Counted from the first letter of the stretch, positions 10,961 to 23,453 are shown. The stretch is DNA of 40,885 nt from Catajapyx aquilonaris (GCA_000934665.2 JYFJ02003496.1:1-40885); one strand, 5' to 3'. Notes: a model not told the origin generated them from the sequence alone. A program made the numbers and translations.

Positions 10961-11744
10961 TAACTAATGTAGGCCTAACACACTATATTTTTATTGTGGG
11001 CATGATTGTGGGTTTATAGGGGCATGCAGGGTGGCAGCAGCTTTCAGAAAATTGTGCATTCTTTCACAATGATTTGTATTTACCATTTTAAACATAAATT
11101 CAATGTGGCAGACTGCATAAATGTGTTTCAATTACTCATTCCTGTGTTTTAAGAGATGACTGATCCCCTTGCCACTTTAGGTCATGTTAGGTTAAGTCAA
11201 GTTACAGTTCAACAGGTCACATCAGGTCAGGACACAGCTGTTGTAGGGTGTAATCCAAAAGCCCAACATCTGAAATGGGTGTCAATTGTTGGGAAAAAAA
11301 GGCAGTTGTATATTGCAGGGAGCAATGAGGACGTGGGGGTAGGCAAAATTATGCAGATTATTTCTGGTCTTCAAGGTTTGCTGCATTCTACTTTTATGTA
11401 CCACACTTGTCAGACTCAGTGCTAGGCCCCTGAATACTTACATCTCTAGTTCTAGTAACATGTGGAAATTGTGTAACCATAATTACCGATTATAAGTGTT
11501 GCACACTTGTGTATTGGAGATACTTCTTGGGGTGGGTAAGATGCAGGGTGTTTCTCACTAGTGTGTCATCTGGTGACCAGCATATTCCTTGACTAAAAAC
11601 AAGTCGAAAATGTAGGGATGAGAAATGCCGGGAGTGCAACCATTGCATTGAGACAACATAGACAACGATAAAAATTTTGGTTTCCCTGAGACACATGGAA
11701 CCACTCACCCAACAGCTTTTCTGAAGTGAAGGCAGCAAACAGTT

Positions 11745-11898
11745 CTGCAGTCCCAAGGAGAAACACCCTATCTCCAAAACTGGTAAAGGTATCACGTGAG
11801 TGCCCTGCACCTATCCCCCCTGGCCCAGGGGGGATGGGTGCACGCAACTTTTGTCCTTACTGGTTTTGGAGATAGGGTGTTTCTCCTTGGAACGGCAG
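11745..11898. repeat. Inverted repeat (MITE-like)
   Basis: CCAAGGAGAAACACCCTATCTCCAAAAC and its exact reverse complement GTTTTGGAGATAGGGTGTTTCTCCTTGG. Confidence 0.75.
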
Positions 11899-12189
11899 AG
11901 TACTACTCCCACGCTTGCAGAAGTTGCTTAAGTGGCAGGATACGATCCTGATTTTGATGGCTGGGCACGAGGTGACTTGCCATATTCCATTAGTTTATCC
12001 CTCACTGACTGAACTGAATGCATCTGTGGTCAAACTTACTGGAAGATGGGGTATTGACCTTCAATGAAAGCCAAATTAGTTAGACCACTGGGAAAAAGAA
12101 TCAACAGGCCAAGAGCTCATCCCAGCAATGCACAGTGTGTCCAAATGCAGGAATGCTTGGACAAAATGGCTCCCATTACATGTATTTGT

Positions 12190-12500
12190 CGCAACATTCC
12201 TCTATGATTTTCAAGACGAGAAGTAGCGGCTGTCACATAATTTCACTTCAAATGGCTAGACTCCCCAGTTATAGATTCACTTCATTTGAAGTGCACATAA
12301 TTGCACCTTTTGTTGGGGTAGCACGATGCTACCCCGACAAATGCGGCCTCCTTTTGAAAAAAATGTGCAATTAACTTATGTGCACTCAAAATGAAGTGAT
12401 TCTATAACTGGGGTGTCTAGTCATTCGTTTGGTGTGTCATTTGAAGTGAAATTATGTGACATTCACTACTTTTCGTCTTGAAAATCATAGAAGAATGTCG
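12190..12500. repeat. Foldback element with arms of about 125 bp
   Basis: CTATGATTTTCAAGACGA...GTCACATAATTTCACTTCAAATG...CCCCAGTTATAGA is mirrored at 12360-12498. Confidence 0.78.
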
Positions 12501-12532
12501 TCTAATGTCTTATGGTAATATGCTGCTCAGTA

Positions 12533-12723
12533 AGCCCTGTTTACATTGCTGGTTTTGTAGAGGCAACTGGCTGCAGTGGGCAGGGCATTCCAGTTGAACA
12601 CAAATTAGAGCAGGCTCTATTTCCTTTCGACTGGGAAGCTCTCCACTCAGGGCGGCCGACTGATCGAGCGCCTGCACACTGCAGGCAGTCGCCTTCTACA
12701 AAGTCACCAGTGTAAATGGGGCC
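12533..12723. mobile_element. PIF/Harbinger (Tourist-like) MITE
   Basis: GCCCTGTTTACATTG / CAGTGTAAATGGGGCC with TAA flanks. Confidence 0.55.
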
Positions 12724-13952
12724 TAAGGATCATCTCTACATTTTTGACTTGTTCTGGCTCAAAGAATATGCTGGTGACTCGATGACATACTAGTAAGACA
12801 CACCCTGTTCGGTCCACTTTGCAACATGGTGAACTATTTACTGCTGCAGTTCGCTGAAGTTTTCTTACCTAACTACAGGACCATTGGGGTCATTTACACA
12901 GCTTCAAGTAAAGTGGACCCAGTATAGACCTGGTCCACTATTTGGTTGTAGGGACACAAATTAGTCACCTGATTACATATCAACATGGATAAAATATGCT
13001 GGCACCAAATAAAAGGAACCAGAACGTACCAACAGCATTCAACCATGTTGACATGCAATCATATTGTTAGTTTTAGTCTCTGGGTTGGTAATACTGTCCT
13101 TAGCAATGAAGTAGTGGACCAGGTCCAGTTCACTCACTGCTGTGTAAAGTGACCCATGTGTGTGCCTGATGGCCTTTGTTGCTTTGCCTTCTTCCCACAC
13201 ACTGACATCAAATGAATAGGCAAGACGAGAAAGGGCCCAACTGCAGGGAAGCAAACCTTTCAGGAGAGCATAAAAACCGTGCAGGGACCACAATATTAGG
13301 AATATATGCAAATATAATTTTTTTCATATTGTACATGTACGTTAAAGTTCAAATAATATTTGGTCTGCAAAAAACATGTGTTACACAAGGTGTAGGAAAT
13401 GTTTGCAGGCAATGGAGTTCGGCCCTTACTCGTCTTGCCAGGGTTATTGACATAAAATATCCTTTTTTTTCTCACCCATACATTTATTGGTTCGGGATCA
13501 CTAGTACAACAAACGCATATTTTCCTCATCAAATGTCACTTTATCATCATTTGGGGAAGAACACTTTGAATAAAGGCAAGGGTCTCCTTTGACAAAATAA
13601 TGAGGAAGAACAAGATGCATAAGGGCTCAACTCCCTCTTGTTACATTCTTAGCCACCATTTTTCACCCCCTTCGGGGGTGGAGTTAGGTCGTAGTATTTC
13701 TTGTACGGGTAGGCTACTTACAGCCATGAACTATATGAATCGACCATAAAGTGTATTGTGCATTTTTTGGAAGTCGGGCTCTTTTTCATCTTGCCTATTC
13801 AAATGGATTTCATCATGTGCTCAATGAACTTGCCCTGAAGACTGTTGATTTAGGAATGTGCACCATTGCTGCACTTTTAAGAGCTGTGAATTATTTGGAA
13901 GCACCTTTTATACATGATCTAAATTCTAAACCTTACCATTTTGTTTCTGCAG

Positions 13953-14270
13953 GTCCTACAATCAGATTTCTTCAATGCAGTTCGGGAGGTGTACGAGCAT
14001 GTTTATGAGACAGTTGACATCCAGGGCTCCCCAGATGTTCGAGCATCAGCCACTGCCAAGGCCACTGTGGCTGCCTTTGCTGCGAGTGAGGGCCATGCCC
14101 ACCCTCGAGTAGTGGAGCTCCCAAAGACTGATGAAGGTCTGGGGTTCAATGTGATGGGAGGAAGGGAGCAAAACTCGCCTATCTACATATCACGGATCAT
14201 TCCTGGAGGTGTAGCTGACAGACATGGCGGTCTCAAGAGAGGGGATCAACTCCTGTCTGTGAATGGAGTG
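13953..14270 (+). CDS. lin7: lin-7/veli exon 3 (end of L27 and most of the PDZ domain)
   Basis: tctgcag|[23 protein letters not shown]...[38 protein letters not shown]...[10 protein letters not shown]|gtaatt. Confidence 0.96.
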
Positions 14271-14650
14271 GTAATTTAAGATCTTTCAATTTTACTCATT
14301 TTACAATCTAACAGTTATAACTTTGTCCAAGTCTTCCTATTCTCCTCCCCAAACCCCTATCCAGATTCACTCCTCCTGAGAGAAGTTCCCCAATCACACT
14401 CCTGCAGCATGCCATTTAGAGACACACTGGCAGAAAGCTGAGAGGGAGGGTGCATGATGTCACAGATCAGGGCTGTGATAGTCATATGCAGAGAACAAGT
14501 ATGAATGCAACTCCTCCCCTGACACCTTTTTGTTCCACCTGATGATTTCAATACAAAACCCAGAGACACACAATATATTTTGGGCATCCACAATAGTCAT
14601 TTAACTGCTCCATGGCAGAAGTACCTTTCATGATATCATCTGACTTTGCT

Positions 14651-14976
14651 TTTTTTTTTTTTTTGCCCCATATCTATTTATATATGGGGGGTGGATTACC
14701 ACCATCGGGATTTTTTTTGGAGCGAGTTAAGAATAATCTTATTAGTATACTCCAAGGTAGTTAGGAGGGGATGTGCAAAGTGCGTGTGCGCGGGCGAGTA
14801 GTGGTCATTTTGTGAACTCCCCCGGGTGGCTTAGTCTATCGGAAATTGCCACCCGAAACGAAGCCAGAGATGGCCCAACTCTGCATGAAAGAAGGTGGGA
14901 ACCCTGGGTGGGGATTGAACCCGTGACCTTAACTTCCGTGGGCTCGCGCGTTACCGCGGCGCCACTCCAACTCCCT
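14651..14976 (-). mobile_element. Young full-length tRNA-derived SINE with a poly(A) tail in lin-7 intron 3
   Basis: Minus-strand head TGGCGCCGCGG...GGGTTCAATCCC; poly(A) at 14651-14664; perfect 10-bp TSD TGACTTTGCT (14641-14650 and 14977-14986). Confidence 0.85.
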
Positions 14977-15151
14977 TGACTTTGCTCAAATAGTATGAAA
15001 GTAATAATGCAGTTTTATGTATGCAATTAACAGACTTAATGTGGTACTTGTGAAAATTCTAGCTGTCCAACATTACTGTAGGGAATGAGAGGTGAGATCT
15101 GCCATATAAAATAGGTGCTGTCAGCCACAAAGTAACAAACGTCACACTATA

Positions 15152-15938
15152 CGAGGTGCAGTCAAAAATTACTTGCGCGTATTTTTTTTTAGCCATTGCG
15201 CATGACATTTACATATTTGCACATCAAGGAACATGAAATCCAGCCCATGTGGGATTTTCTGATAAAGGTTTCAAATTTCGCGCTGACCGGACGCGTGTTT
15301 CGCAGCCCTGCAAACAGAGGGCCTTACCGACACTAGCAAAATGGCGGACTTCAGCAAAGCCGATCATGTTGTGGTGAGATTTCTTTTTCATTTTGGACTT
15401 TGGACATCTTCAGATGATCGTGCATAATGGTATGAACAGAACCATGCGAAATGTTCATGACATTGGCTATAGCGTCCACAGTGATCCGCCTGTCGCCCAT
15501 GACAAGTTCCTCCACACGGCTGACAGTGGCGTCGTTTGTGGCGGTCAACGGGCGGCCAGCCCCTGAGGAATGCGTCACACTTGTACGCCCTTCCTTGAAC
15601 TCCTTCACCCACCACTGGATCGTCCGTAAGGGCATGACGGAGTTCCCACATATGGCCTGCATGTCTTTAAGGATCACAGGAGCACTTTTCCCTTTCAGAA
15701 AAAGAAATCGCACCACAACACGCTGATCGGCTTTGCTGAAATCCGCCATTTTGCTAGTGTCGGTAAGGCCCTCTGTTTGCAGGGCTGCGAAACAGGCGTC
15801 CGGTCAGCGCGAAATTTGAAACCTTTATCAAAAAATCCCACATGGGCTGGATTTCATGTTCCTTGAAGTGCAAATATGTAAATGTCATGCGCAATAACTT
15901 TAAAAAAATACGCGCAAGTAATTTTTGACTGCACCTCG
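15152..15938 (-). mobile_element. mariner-derived element with about 215-bp inverted ends and a truncated transposase ORF
   Basis: TA|CGAGGTGCAGTCAAAAATTAC at both ends; 15152-15367 is the reverse complement of about 15723-15938. Confidence 0.92.
15351..15749 (-). CDS. mariner transposase N-terminal paired-HTH DNA-binding domain only (132 aa, no catalytic domain)
   Basis: QRVVVRFLFLKGKS, WVKEFKEGRTSV, GRP, DRRITVDAIA and ISHGSVHTIMHDHLKMSKV are mariner motifs. The ORF breaks just before the expected WVP motif. Confidence 0.8.
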   Translation of the reverse strand: MADFSKADQRVVVRFLFLKGKSAPVILKDMQAICGNSVMPLRTIQWWVKEFKEGRTSVTHSSGAGRPLTATNDATVSRVEELVMGDRRITVDAIANVMNISHGSVHTIMHDHLKMSKVQNEKEISPQHDRLC

Positions 15939-16859
15939 TACATATGGCCGATAATTGGAACCTATAAAAACCCTATAAAAATATCAATGTAGGTTTTGCA
16001 AAATATTCTCGAACTGCTAATGACAAAATTGTTCATAACCCTGCGGGAATATTATTTTCACAGCAATGGTATATGATTTCTTATTTTTAAGTTGCATGCT
16101 GTTCACTACAGCTGATTTTTAAATGAAATAATATTGATGTTTATATGCTATTGGTTGAACAGTGTGATGTCTCGGGGTATTACAGTGAGCAACTACTAGC
16201 TTGAAATCATCAGTTCAATATACTTGAGTTTTAGTGACCATTTTGTCACTCTAAAAATTGTGCACCATCTCTACTATTTCCATCTATAGTATAAAATCTT
16301 TGCCAAGGTCACAGTGTTTGAGGCGTCCGATTGGCCCCCATATGGTATTTGTGTGACACTTCCAATTGCCCCCTGTTCTGCTGGTTGAAATTGCTTCCTG
16401 GCTATTATAGATGTGAAAAAGTGGCAAATGTGCAAAATTACATTAGGATCATAGCTCAGGGACGGTGTTTTTCATTTCTGGGCTTCACTTTTTCAGTTGG
16501 AACTACTGTTGATTGACAAAAATAGGGATCCTAAAGATTCTCTCTCTTCATTGCTATTATCCTTTCATTCTCAAGTGTATTATTATATAAGTCAAAAAAA
16601 ATATCTTATAATTTGCATGTATTAAGCCAAGCTTGTGTAGGCACAAGTTGAAGGAAAATCTCAGATTATGTGCAGAAATTCACAATACATAATCACATGC
16701 TTTAATTCCTATTGATGCAACCAGCCCTAAACTTGCCATACTTTCCTGCTGAATTTCCCTGATGATCCAATTCCACTCTCTAGTTTTACTTTCCAACATG
16801 AACCATTGAATAAGTAAGAGAGATAAAATGTTTAAAATATATGCTGATGTCTTTTACAG

Positions 16860-17018
16860 TCTGTTGAAGGTGAGAATCATGAAAAGGCTGTTGAGCTCCT
16901 GAAGGCAGCCCAGGGTTCAGTAAAACTGGTAGTCCGCTACACCCCGAAGGTACTAGAAGAGATGGAGATGCGTTTTGACAAGCAAAGGCAGGCAAGACGC
17001 AGGCAACAATTCCAGTGA
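16860..17018 (+). CDS. lin7: lin-7/veli exon 4 (end of PDZ, stop codon); joined CDS is 597 nt, 198 aa
   Basis: ttttacag|[52 protein letters not shown]. Not in the ORF track. Confidence 0.95.
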   Translation, partial: SVEGENHEKAVELLKAAQGSVKLVVRYTPKVLEEMEMRFDKQRQARRRQQFQ

Positions 17019-17134
17019 ATGACAATTTCAGTTAATTATTAATGTTGCAGTTATTCCATGTATGGTATGACATGATACATTTCATTCCCCTGTGTCACAT
17101 TCATTTTACAACCATGTTTACCTTTCTATTCGTT

Positions 17135-17140
17135 AATAAA
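17135..17140 (+). terminator. Candidate polyadenylation signal of lin-7
   Basis: AATAAA about 115 nt after the stop codon. Confidence 0.5.
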
Positions 17141-17234
17141 TTGTAGTTATAGACATACATGAAAATTTTACTTATTTTCCCATGTTGAGGGTGTTTCCCT
17201 TGAGGAGGAATTGCCTTTGCACACAAACATAATA

Positions 17235-17811
17235 CACTGTACAGTATTGGACATTAATCGCGTCATACTGCTTGCGACATTTTCGGATCCGGCAGAAGTG
17301 CAAATCGAAGTGATAGAGTGTGAGCCGTGCGAGTAATAAGAGGTAGGCCTTGAGTGACGTCACCGGCTGGGGGGCAATTGAGAAAAGACTTGTCCCCTGC
17401 CAGTGATTTCACCCAAGGGCTACCATTTCTTACTCGCCCGGCTCACACTCGATCACTTCGATTTGCATGTCTGCTGCATCGGAAAATGTCGCTAGCAGTA
17501 TGAATGTCCAGCACTGCACTCCCGATTATCCAGGCTATGGCTGCACAGGTGTTGCCGGATAATCATCATAGATACTGTGAAATGAGCTATTCACAGGTTT
17601 TTAATCAATGACTGTACATACTGTATTCTACTTTAAATTATATTTAATTGAAATCAGAAAAATTTCCGGCGATTTTAAGTTTGTCTTCTGGAAGAAGGTT
17701 ATGTTTTTTTTGTTTGCGAGACAAATTGACATTTTCTTCAGACTTATCTTTGTTTTAGCCGGTTTTAGCCATGCATGGATCATCCGTACCTGGATAATTG
17801 AGAGTACAGTG
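17235..17811. mobile_element. pogo-type MITE (family P2) with a palindromic MITE inserted in its left TIR
   Basis: TA|CACTGTA[insert]CTCCCGATTATCC ... GGATAATTGAGAGTACAGTG|TA. Confidence 0.75.
17242..17516. mobile_element. Palindromic MITE related to 10346-10505
   Basis: CAGTATTGGACATT / AATGTCCAGCACTG termini; shares GCGACATTTTC.GA..CGGCAGA and CGGAAAATGTCGCT. Confidence 0.78.
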
Positions 17812-17997
17812 TATTAATTAACTTATTAGCAATTATTGGATTTGTTTAAATGATTTCAATTTTTTTTATATAACTGCATCTCAAAACTGGTACAAAAAAT
17901 AAAACCCCAGAAAAAAAAGAACAAAAACATCTGCATGGTCGCATCATTGGTTACTACTGGACACGAACACCATGGTCAGGGTGTCTAGTTGTATGTA

Positions 17998-18695
17998 CAG
18001 GGTGGCCTGCTATGTACTTTACCTGGCATTTCTTTAATAACTAACACAAATTAAGATATCACAACAAAGAACTGATCTAACCTTCTTATGTGTGAAAGGA
18101 AATGGCATCACAACATGTGCTGGAAATTTCCACCATTTACGTCCAGGCAGGCCTGAACACGATGCTCCATATTTTGGAAGGTGCTGGCCAGCATGTCCTG
18201 AGGCATGGCCTGCATTTATTGGATTATATGTTTTCTTTCAAGGCGTTGACAGGTGTGTGGTTTGTTTTGGTACACTGTACACACCCTTTCAGATAGCCCC
18301 ATAAGATGTAATCAGGCAGCATAAGATTGGGTGTACACAGTGGCCCAAGTCCCTTCAAAATAATTAATCTGTTGCTGAAAAAGGACTGAATTTCAGCCAA
18401 GCTGACATGTGATGTGTGGCATGTGTATCGAAACAAACCACAACCCATCAATGCCTTGAAAGTAAACGTCATCCAAGAAATTCAGGCCATGCCTCAGGTA
18501 TGCTGGCCAGGACCTTCCAAAATATGGAGCATCGTGTTCAGGCCTGCCTGGACACAAATGGTGGCCATTTCCAGCACATATTGTGATGTCATTTCCTTTC
18601 TCACATAATGAAGTTATATCAGTTCGTTGCGATATGTTCATTCGTGTTCAAGTTATTAAAGGAAAGCCAGGTAAAGTAAGTAGTGGGATACCCTG
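17998..18695. mobile_element. Tc1/mariner-derived element with long (about 250-bp) inverted arms carrying a decayed transposase C-terminus
   Basis: TA|CAGGGT...ACCCTG|TA. The arms share CAGGCAGGCCTGAACACGATGCTCCATATTTTGGAAGGT. The centre translates (-) as PNL..PDYILWGYLKGCV, similar to the SPDL..DFFLWGYLK..V motif. Confidence 0.8.
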
Positions 18696-19941
18696 TAGCA
18701 TCGAGCACTCACTGCAAACCCTATTCTTTCACCCTTGGCCATTACCTAGGCCCATGACCTAGGCTCTTGTGAAAAATATTCTGGTGGTGGTGAAGCAAGT
18801 GAAGATGACTCACTGTCAGTGCAAGGCCTGGGTCAGGGTCTGAGTTCTCGCAAGTGAAATCTATGTCGGAATCAGCCTGCGACACTTCCATCGCCTAGGC
18901 CATTGATTGCTACACCTAATGGGATTGTATCTTAAATTGAAATTGAAATGTAACATATATTTAAATGGGAATAGTAAGGTTACGGGAAGGGATGCATACC
19001 TGCCAGGATATTATATACCTTGCGTTTTCAGCCTGTTATCTTCGTAACTATGCGGCGGAGACCCACGATACCTATTCTGTACTTAAAATGGATGCCTAGA
19101 ACCCCTCTACCATCACCCAAAGTGAAGGTACATGGACATTTCTGCACCCTGTAAATTATATCATCCACCAGGGGGTGAGGGAGGGTTTGCCGTTTTATGA
19201 CGATAGATTATTAGGGGATTGGAGTGCTGCAAGTGATGATAAATTTTTTTGTAATAAAATATGTTGCAGATCCCTCTCTCTGCAAGAGACACTTTGAAAC
19301 TTTTACCCTCATAATTTAATGTTAAAGTATAAATAATCACCCACATTAAGGACATAGCTAGGTTATTACAAATCATGAAAGGTGGGGGAGGTGGGTGTTA
19401 CCAAATTATGAGGAAGTATCAAGTATGATGAGGTGAGAGGAGGCGTTCAAACAAGTTAAAAATAAATTACACCATATAAGGATGATTGCAATAATGGTTA
19501 TTTCAGTAATGCACTGTAGTTTTTCCTATAAGGAGGAGACCAAATATTGTACAGTATGGTACTGTATAAGCTCCATCTGACCTAACATGAGGGTTGACTC
19601 TAAAGTCTGGCCATGCTAATCATATTACAGAAAATGTTCACTTGACATTGTTTATAAATATGACGCTGTAGTGCTGAAACAAATACTTCATGTTGTTGTA
19701 GGCATCCAGGTATAGGTTAGTCACCATTGTGCAACATGCATGTTAATACTGTATGTTGTGACATGGCTGTCCATTGCCCTTCAAATCCTGTTGACGGTGA
19801 TGACACCGGCTCCTGCTAGGTTCTAATAAGTAGGTGATAATTTCAGCTCTCCATATTTTTGCACCTACATTGAATACAATAGATCTGAGCAATGATACAC
19901 GTCTTGCTTGGCCCTCGAGTTCATATTTGCTTTTCATTCAG

Positions 19942-19970
19942 GCATGTAGCTTCGCTGTGGTTTTTGGCAG
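19942..19970 (+). other. Candidate small 5'-UTR exon of MFSD6-like gene A
   Basis: Flanked by ttttcattcag and a consensus CAG|gtgagt donor; a plausible downstream acceptor (taacag|) lies at 20631. Confidence 0.35.
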
Positions 19971-20694
19971 GTGAGTCTTTTTGTACATTAATGTCATCTG
20001 TAGGCATGGTTACTGTTGCTTAAAAATTAAATGGGATGCATTAAGTGGTACTGCTGTTAGGCTTTCACACTATATTCATACTACTGTGATCCGGACCAAA
20101 AGCTATTTATAATTTGGGCACAGAAAAAGTACGAGTAATTCAAGTGGGACGTCTTCGATCCTTTTCCAAACAAGCCAGACCATGGTCCAGCCCCATGGTC
20201 CAGCCCTTGCACTGACTGACCGTCACTTGTTTCGCCTCCAAAAATCTTTTTCGACAAGCTAAGGAATCGAGTGCTCGCCATGAGGTTACATAATATGGTA
20301 CCATATATGGGTCAAAAAATATGGTTGCAGCGGCATGATGTCACTGTGAGGCGATAGCTGAGGCCATCATGTGGCTATGTTAATTTTTGTGATAAATTTA
20401 AAAACATTAAGGGTCAAACCAACGAGATGGGTCAAACAGTCCTTACTTTTTGAATGCAGTAATTATTTACCGGTGCCGTACAGAGGTGTCATTATTCCGT
20501 CATTATCACCATTTTTCCACCCAGCCCTCATGTTTGGACTCATCTGAATACTCCATTTAGACAGTAGATTACCCAATGTGTAAAATAAAAAAAAAGAATT
20601 ATTGCAACTTGTTTTGTCTTTATAGTAACAGGAGAAAGTCCAATATAGGCTCGTCACCCTAGGCCCAGCAAGTTCCTCAAGACTTTGCGAAAGA

Positions 20695-21545
20695 ATGACT
20701 TCACTTACAAACGAAGTCCCAAAGGACGTCAAACCTGCAGTGGATCTTCGCCTCGTCAAATGCCATTACTTTCTTTTGCATGGGGGCCTGTCTGCATTGG
20801 CACCTTTTGTACCCCTGGTGGCTACCCAACGTGGTCTCCACACCAATCTTCAAGCATTGGGCCTTCTTCTAGGCTTGTTGCCCCTGGGCGGATGCATAGC
20901 TAAGCCCCTGTACGGCCTCTGGGCTGACAGGTCAACGGGTCATCACCAGCAGTTGCCTCTACTAAGAATGACTCTTTTCTTAGGCACGCTGGCACATTTC
21001 TCCATGCTCTTCCTTCCACAAGACAACGTGGTAGTATATGAGCAAATGTCCAATTTTACGAACGGAAGCTACAGCTATGACCAGATGTTAGAACCAACTT
21101 TGGGCCCTTGGTTTTGGACAGCATGCGTACTTCTGGTTTTTGGCACGTCCCATTTAGCTGCGGCTGTTAGTCTGTCCGATGCGTTTTGCTACGATTGTTT
21201 GGGAAACATGCGACAACTGTACGGTCGACAAGCCATGTGGGGTACCATTGGTTGGGCTACAGGCTCGTTTTTGGCCGGAGTTTGGGTGCATGGAACCAGC
21301 ACCAGCAGGCGACAGGCTGACCTCCTGCAGAAAGACTATTCACCATGTTTCTACCTGCAGGCGGCCATGCACTTCATGGACCTTATCCTCCTATTTAAAG
21401 TGGGCACAGTCAGGGTTTCAAATGATGTCAGTGGTGAGGTGAAGAAGGTCAGGTCAGCGGTGGGGAAGCCTCGTGTAATGCTGTTCCTGTGCTGGAGCAC
21501 CTGTCTTGGCCTCTTCAGTGCAATTGTCTACAACTTCCACTTCTT
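20695..21545 (+). CDS. MFSD6-like MFS transporter A, coding exon 1
   Basis: KCHYFLLHGG...PFVPLVATQRGL, KPLYGLWAD, SLSDAFCYDCLG...YGRQAMWGTIGW and KDYSPCFY are MFSD6/MFS_1_like motifs. Donor TT|gtacgg. The frame is also open back to the acceptor at 20632, so the true start could lie upstream. Confidence 0.85.
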
Positions 21546-21602
21546 GTACGGTATTATATGCATGCACTGGTTATTTTTTTCCTAATGATGGCTATCTTGC
21601 AG

Positions 21603-21715
21603 GTTACTGGAAGAGTTGTCTCGAGATGCGGCTGGCAAAATGATTAACTTGCTGGAAGGATTGGCTGAAGCCTGTCAGTGTCTTCTTGGAGAACTTCCTT
21701 TCTTCTTTTTTGGAG
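21603..21715 (+). CDS. MFSD6-like A exon 2
   Basis: cttgcag|G then LLEELSRDAAGKMINLLEGLAEACQCLLGELPFFFFG, G|gtcagt; GELPF motif. Confidence 0.85.
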
Positions 21716-21775
21716 GTCAGTCTGGTCCAGCTAAATAATTTTTTGGGAAATGCTGGATTGGCTTTGTGGTTTCAG

Positions 21776-22018
21776 GTTGGATGGTGCATAAGGCTGGACA
21801 TGAGCGCACCATGAGCCTGGTACTGGTGGTATTGGGACTGAGGTGTTGCCTCTACTCAGCTTTGACTGACCCGTGGTTGACCCTTCCAATCGAAATTCTG
21901 CAGGGAGTGACGTATGGATTGGGCGTAGTGGCACTGACCTCTTTCGCAGACTATGCAGCTCCTCCAGGTGGTCAAGCTACCCTTCAGGGGCTTGCAGGAG
22001 CTGCCTTTGAGGGGCTCG
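21776..22018 (+). CDS. MFSD6-like A exon 3
   Basis: tttcag|GT then WMVHKAGH...DPWLTLPIEILQGVTYG...YAAPPGGQATLQGLAGAAFEGL, G|gtatat. Confidence 0.87.
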
Positions 22019-22089
22019 GTATATGACCATTTATATCAGTTTTTTTATATAGGCTATGTTATGGTCCAAAATTGATGTTTACTTTTCAG

Positions 22090-22307
22090 GAATGAGTGCA
22101 GGTAGCCTTCTGAGTGGCTTCTTGTTCCAAAAGGTCGGTGGCATAATGGCCTTCCGATTATTTGGAGTGGCTACATTGGTGACTGCTGCGGGACACCAGA
22201 CAGCCTTCTTCTTCTCTTGCTGCAAGAGTCCTAAGGATCAAGAACAAACGCAATCGTCTGTAACAGACAGCGGATCGCATCTGATGGCACCATTTTCCGA
22301 AGAGTAA
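22090..22307 (+). CDS. MFSD6-like A exon 4 (stop codon); joined CDS is 1425 nt, 474 aa
   Basis: ttttcag|GA then MSAGSLLSGFLFQKVGGIMAFRLFG...FSEE*; AATAAA at 22380-22385. Confidence 0.85.
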
Positions 22308-23453
22308 GCGGAAATACTTCGCTTCAAAGGAAATGTCGTATTTTCAATCGTGTCAAACTAATTTCAATTATGATTTTCAAATAAAAAATCGTTTCTGTGA
22401 TTGTACAGTCGATGATGATGTGGTGATTTAGTACAGGGGTTATGGTTATGGGCAAAAATCCGCGCCATTGTTAAGAATTGGCGAAAATCTCATTCATTCA
22501 ACGGTTTCTTCGTCAAATCTTCAGTAATGTAGTTGGGACTTAAGGGCCTGCTAGCATGATTTATTTCGGACATTTAATTATTGTTTGATTCCAAAAAGGC
22601 AGGGACTGAGAGAAGATTCTCATAATTTATGGGGAGATGAGGCTGACGACACTTTGGAGGATGTCATTCCTCCTAGACGCAACATGGCTTATCATGCAAT
22701 ATGTGAGCTCTCTTTCGATCTTGCCAGAGATGAATTTGGCCGAGCTAAAGAACGTCATGCGGGTCATAAGTTCATTAATTTGAAAGACCCGGTGTTCAAA
22801 TGAAAAATAAACTTACCATGACTTTTGCACATTTATGAAAGCAAAAGGCCTCATGAATTACATGTGACACCGTACCTCTTCGATTATTACGAGTTGACCT
22901 CGATATACCCTATCCCTGACAAAGGCATTGTTGGCAAACAAAGCTTTATGCATTTGGTGGCCTTAGAATTAGAATTTAGAGAATATAAATCCGTTGCTCT
23001 ACAGATATTCTATGAGCGGGAAGTCACGTAAACATTGCCATACCGACACACTTAAATTACACACACATGTCGATTTAATGACACATTTGCTTCCATTTCA
23101 CCCCATATGTGATGCACTCCTCTCATTGCAGCGCATGTCATCACTTGACGTGACCTCCCTTCAAAAATTTAGATATGAGGACGTATATACGAACCATTCC
23201 CGGAACAAACACAGATAACCTTTGGTCCCTTCAGCATGCATCCCATATTCCTTTTGAGACGTTGTACCGAAAACATTTCAGACTGTCCATAGCCGTGATG
23301 CTGAAGGATTGACTTCGCAGAAGCTGCTCGCATAATCCTACGTCATTTGTCCAATCCCTGTTCACCCAACTCGCATTTGCGATCGGCATCAGGAGGGTAG
23401 CACATCTATAATATTATCCCTCTCTGGTGCTATACTATACAACCGTTACAACC

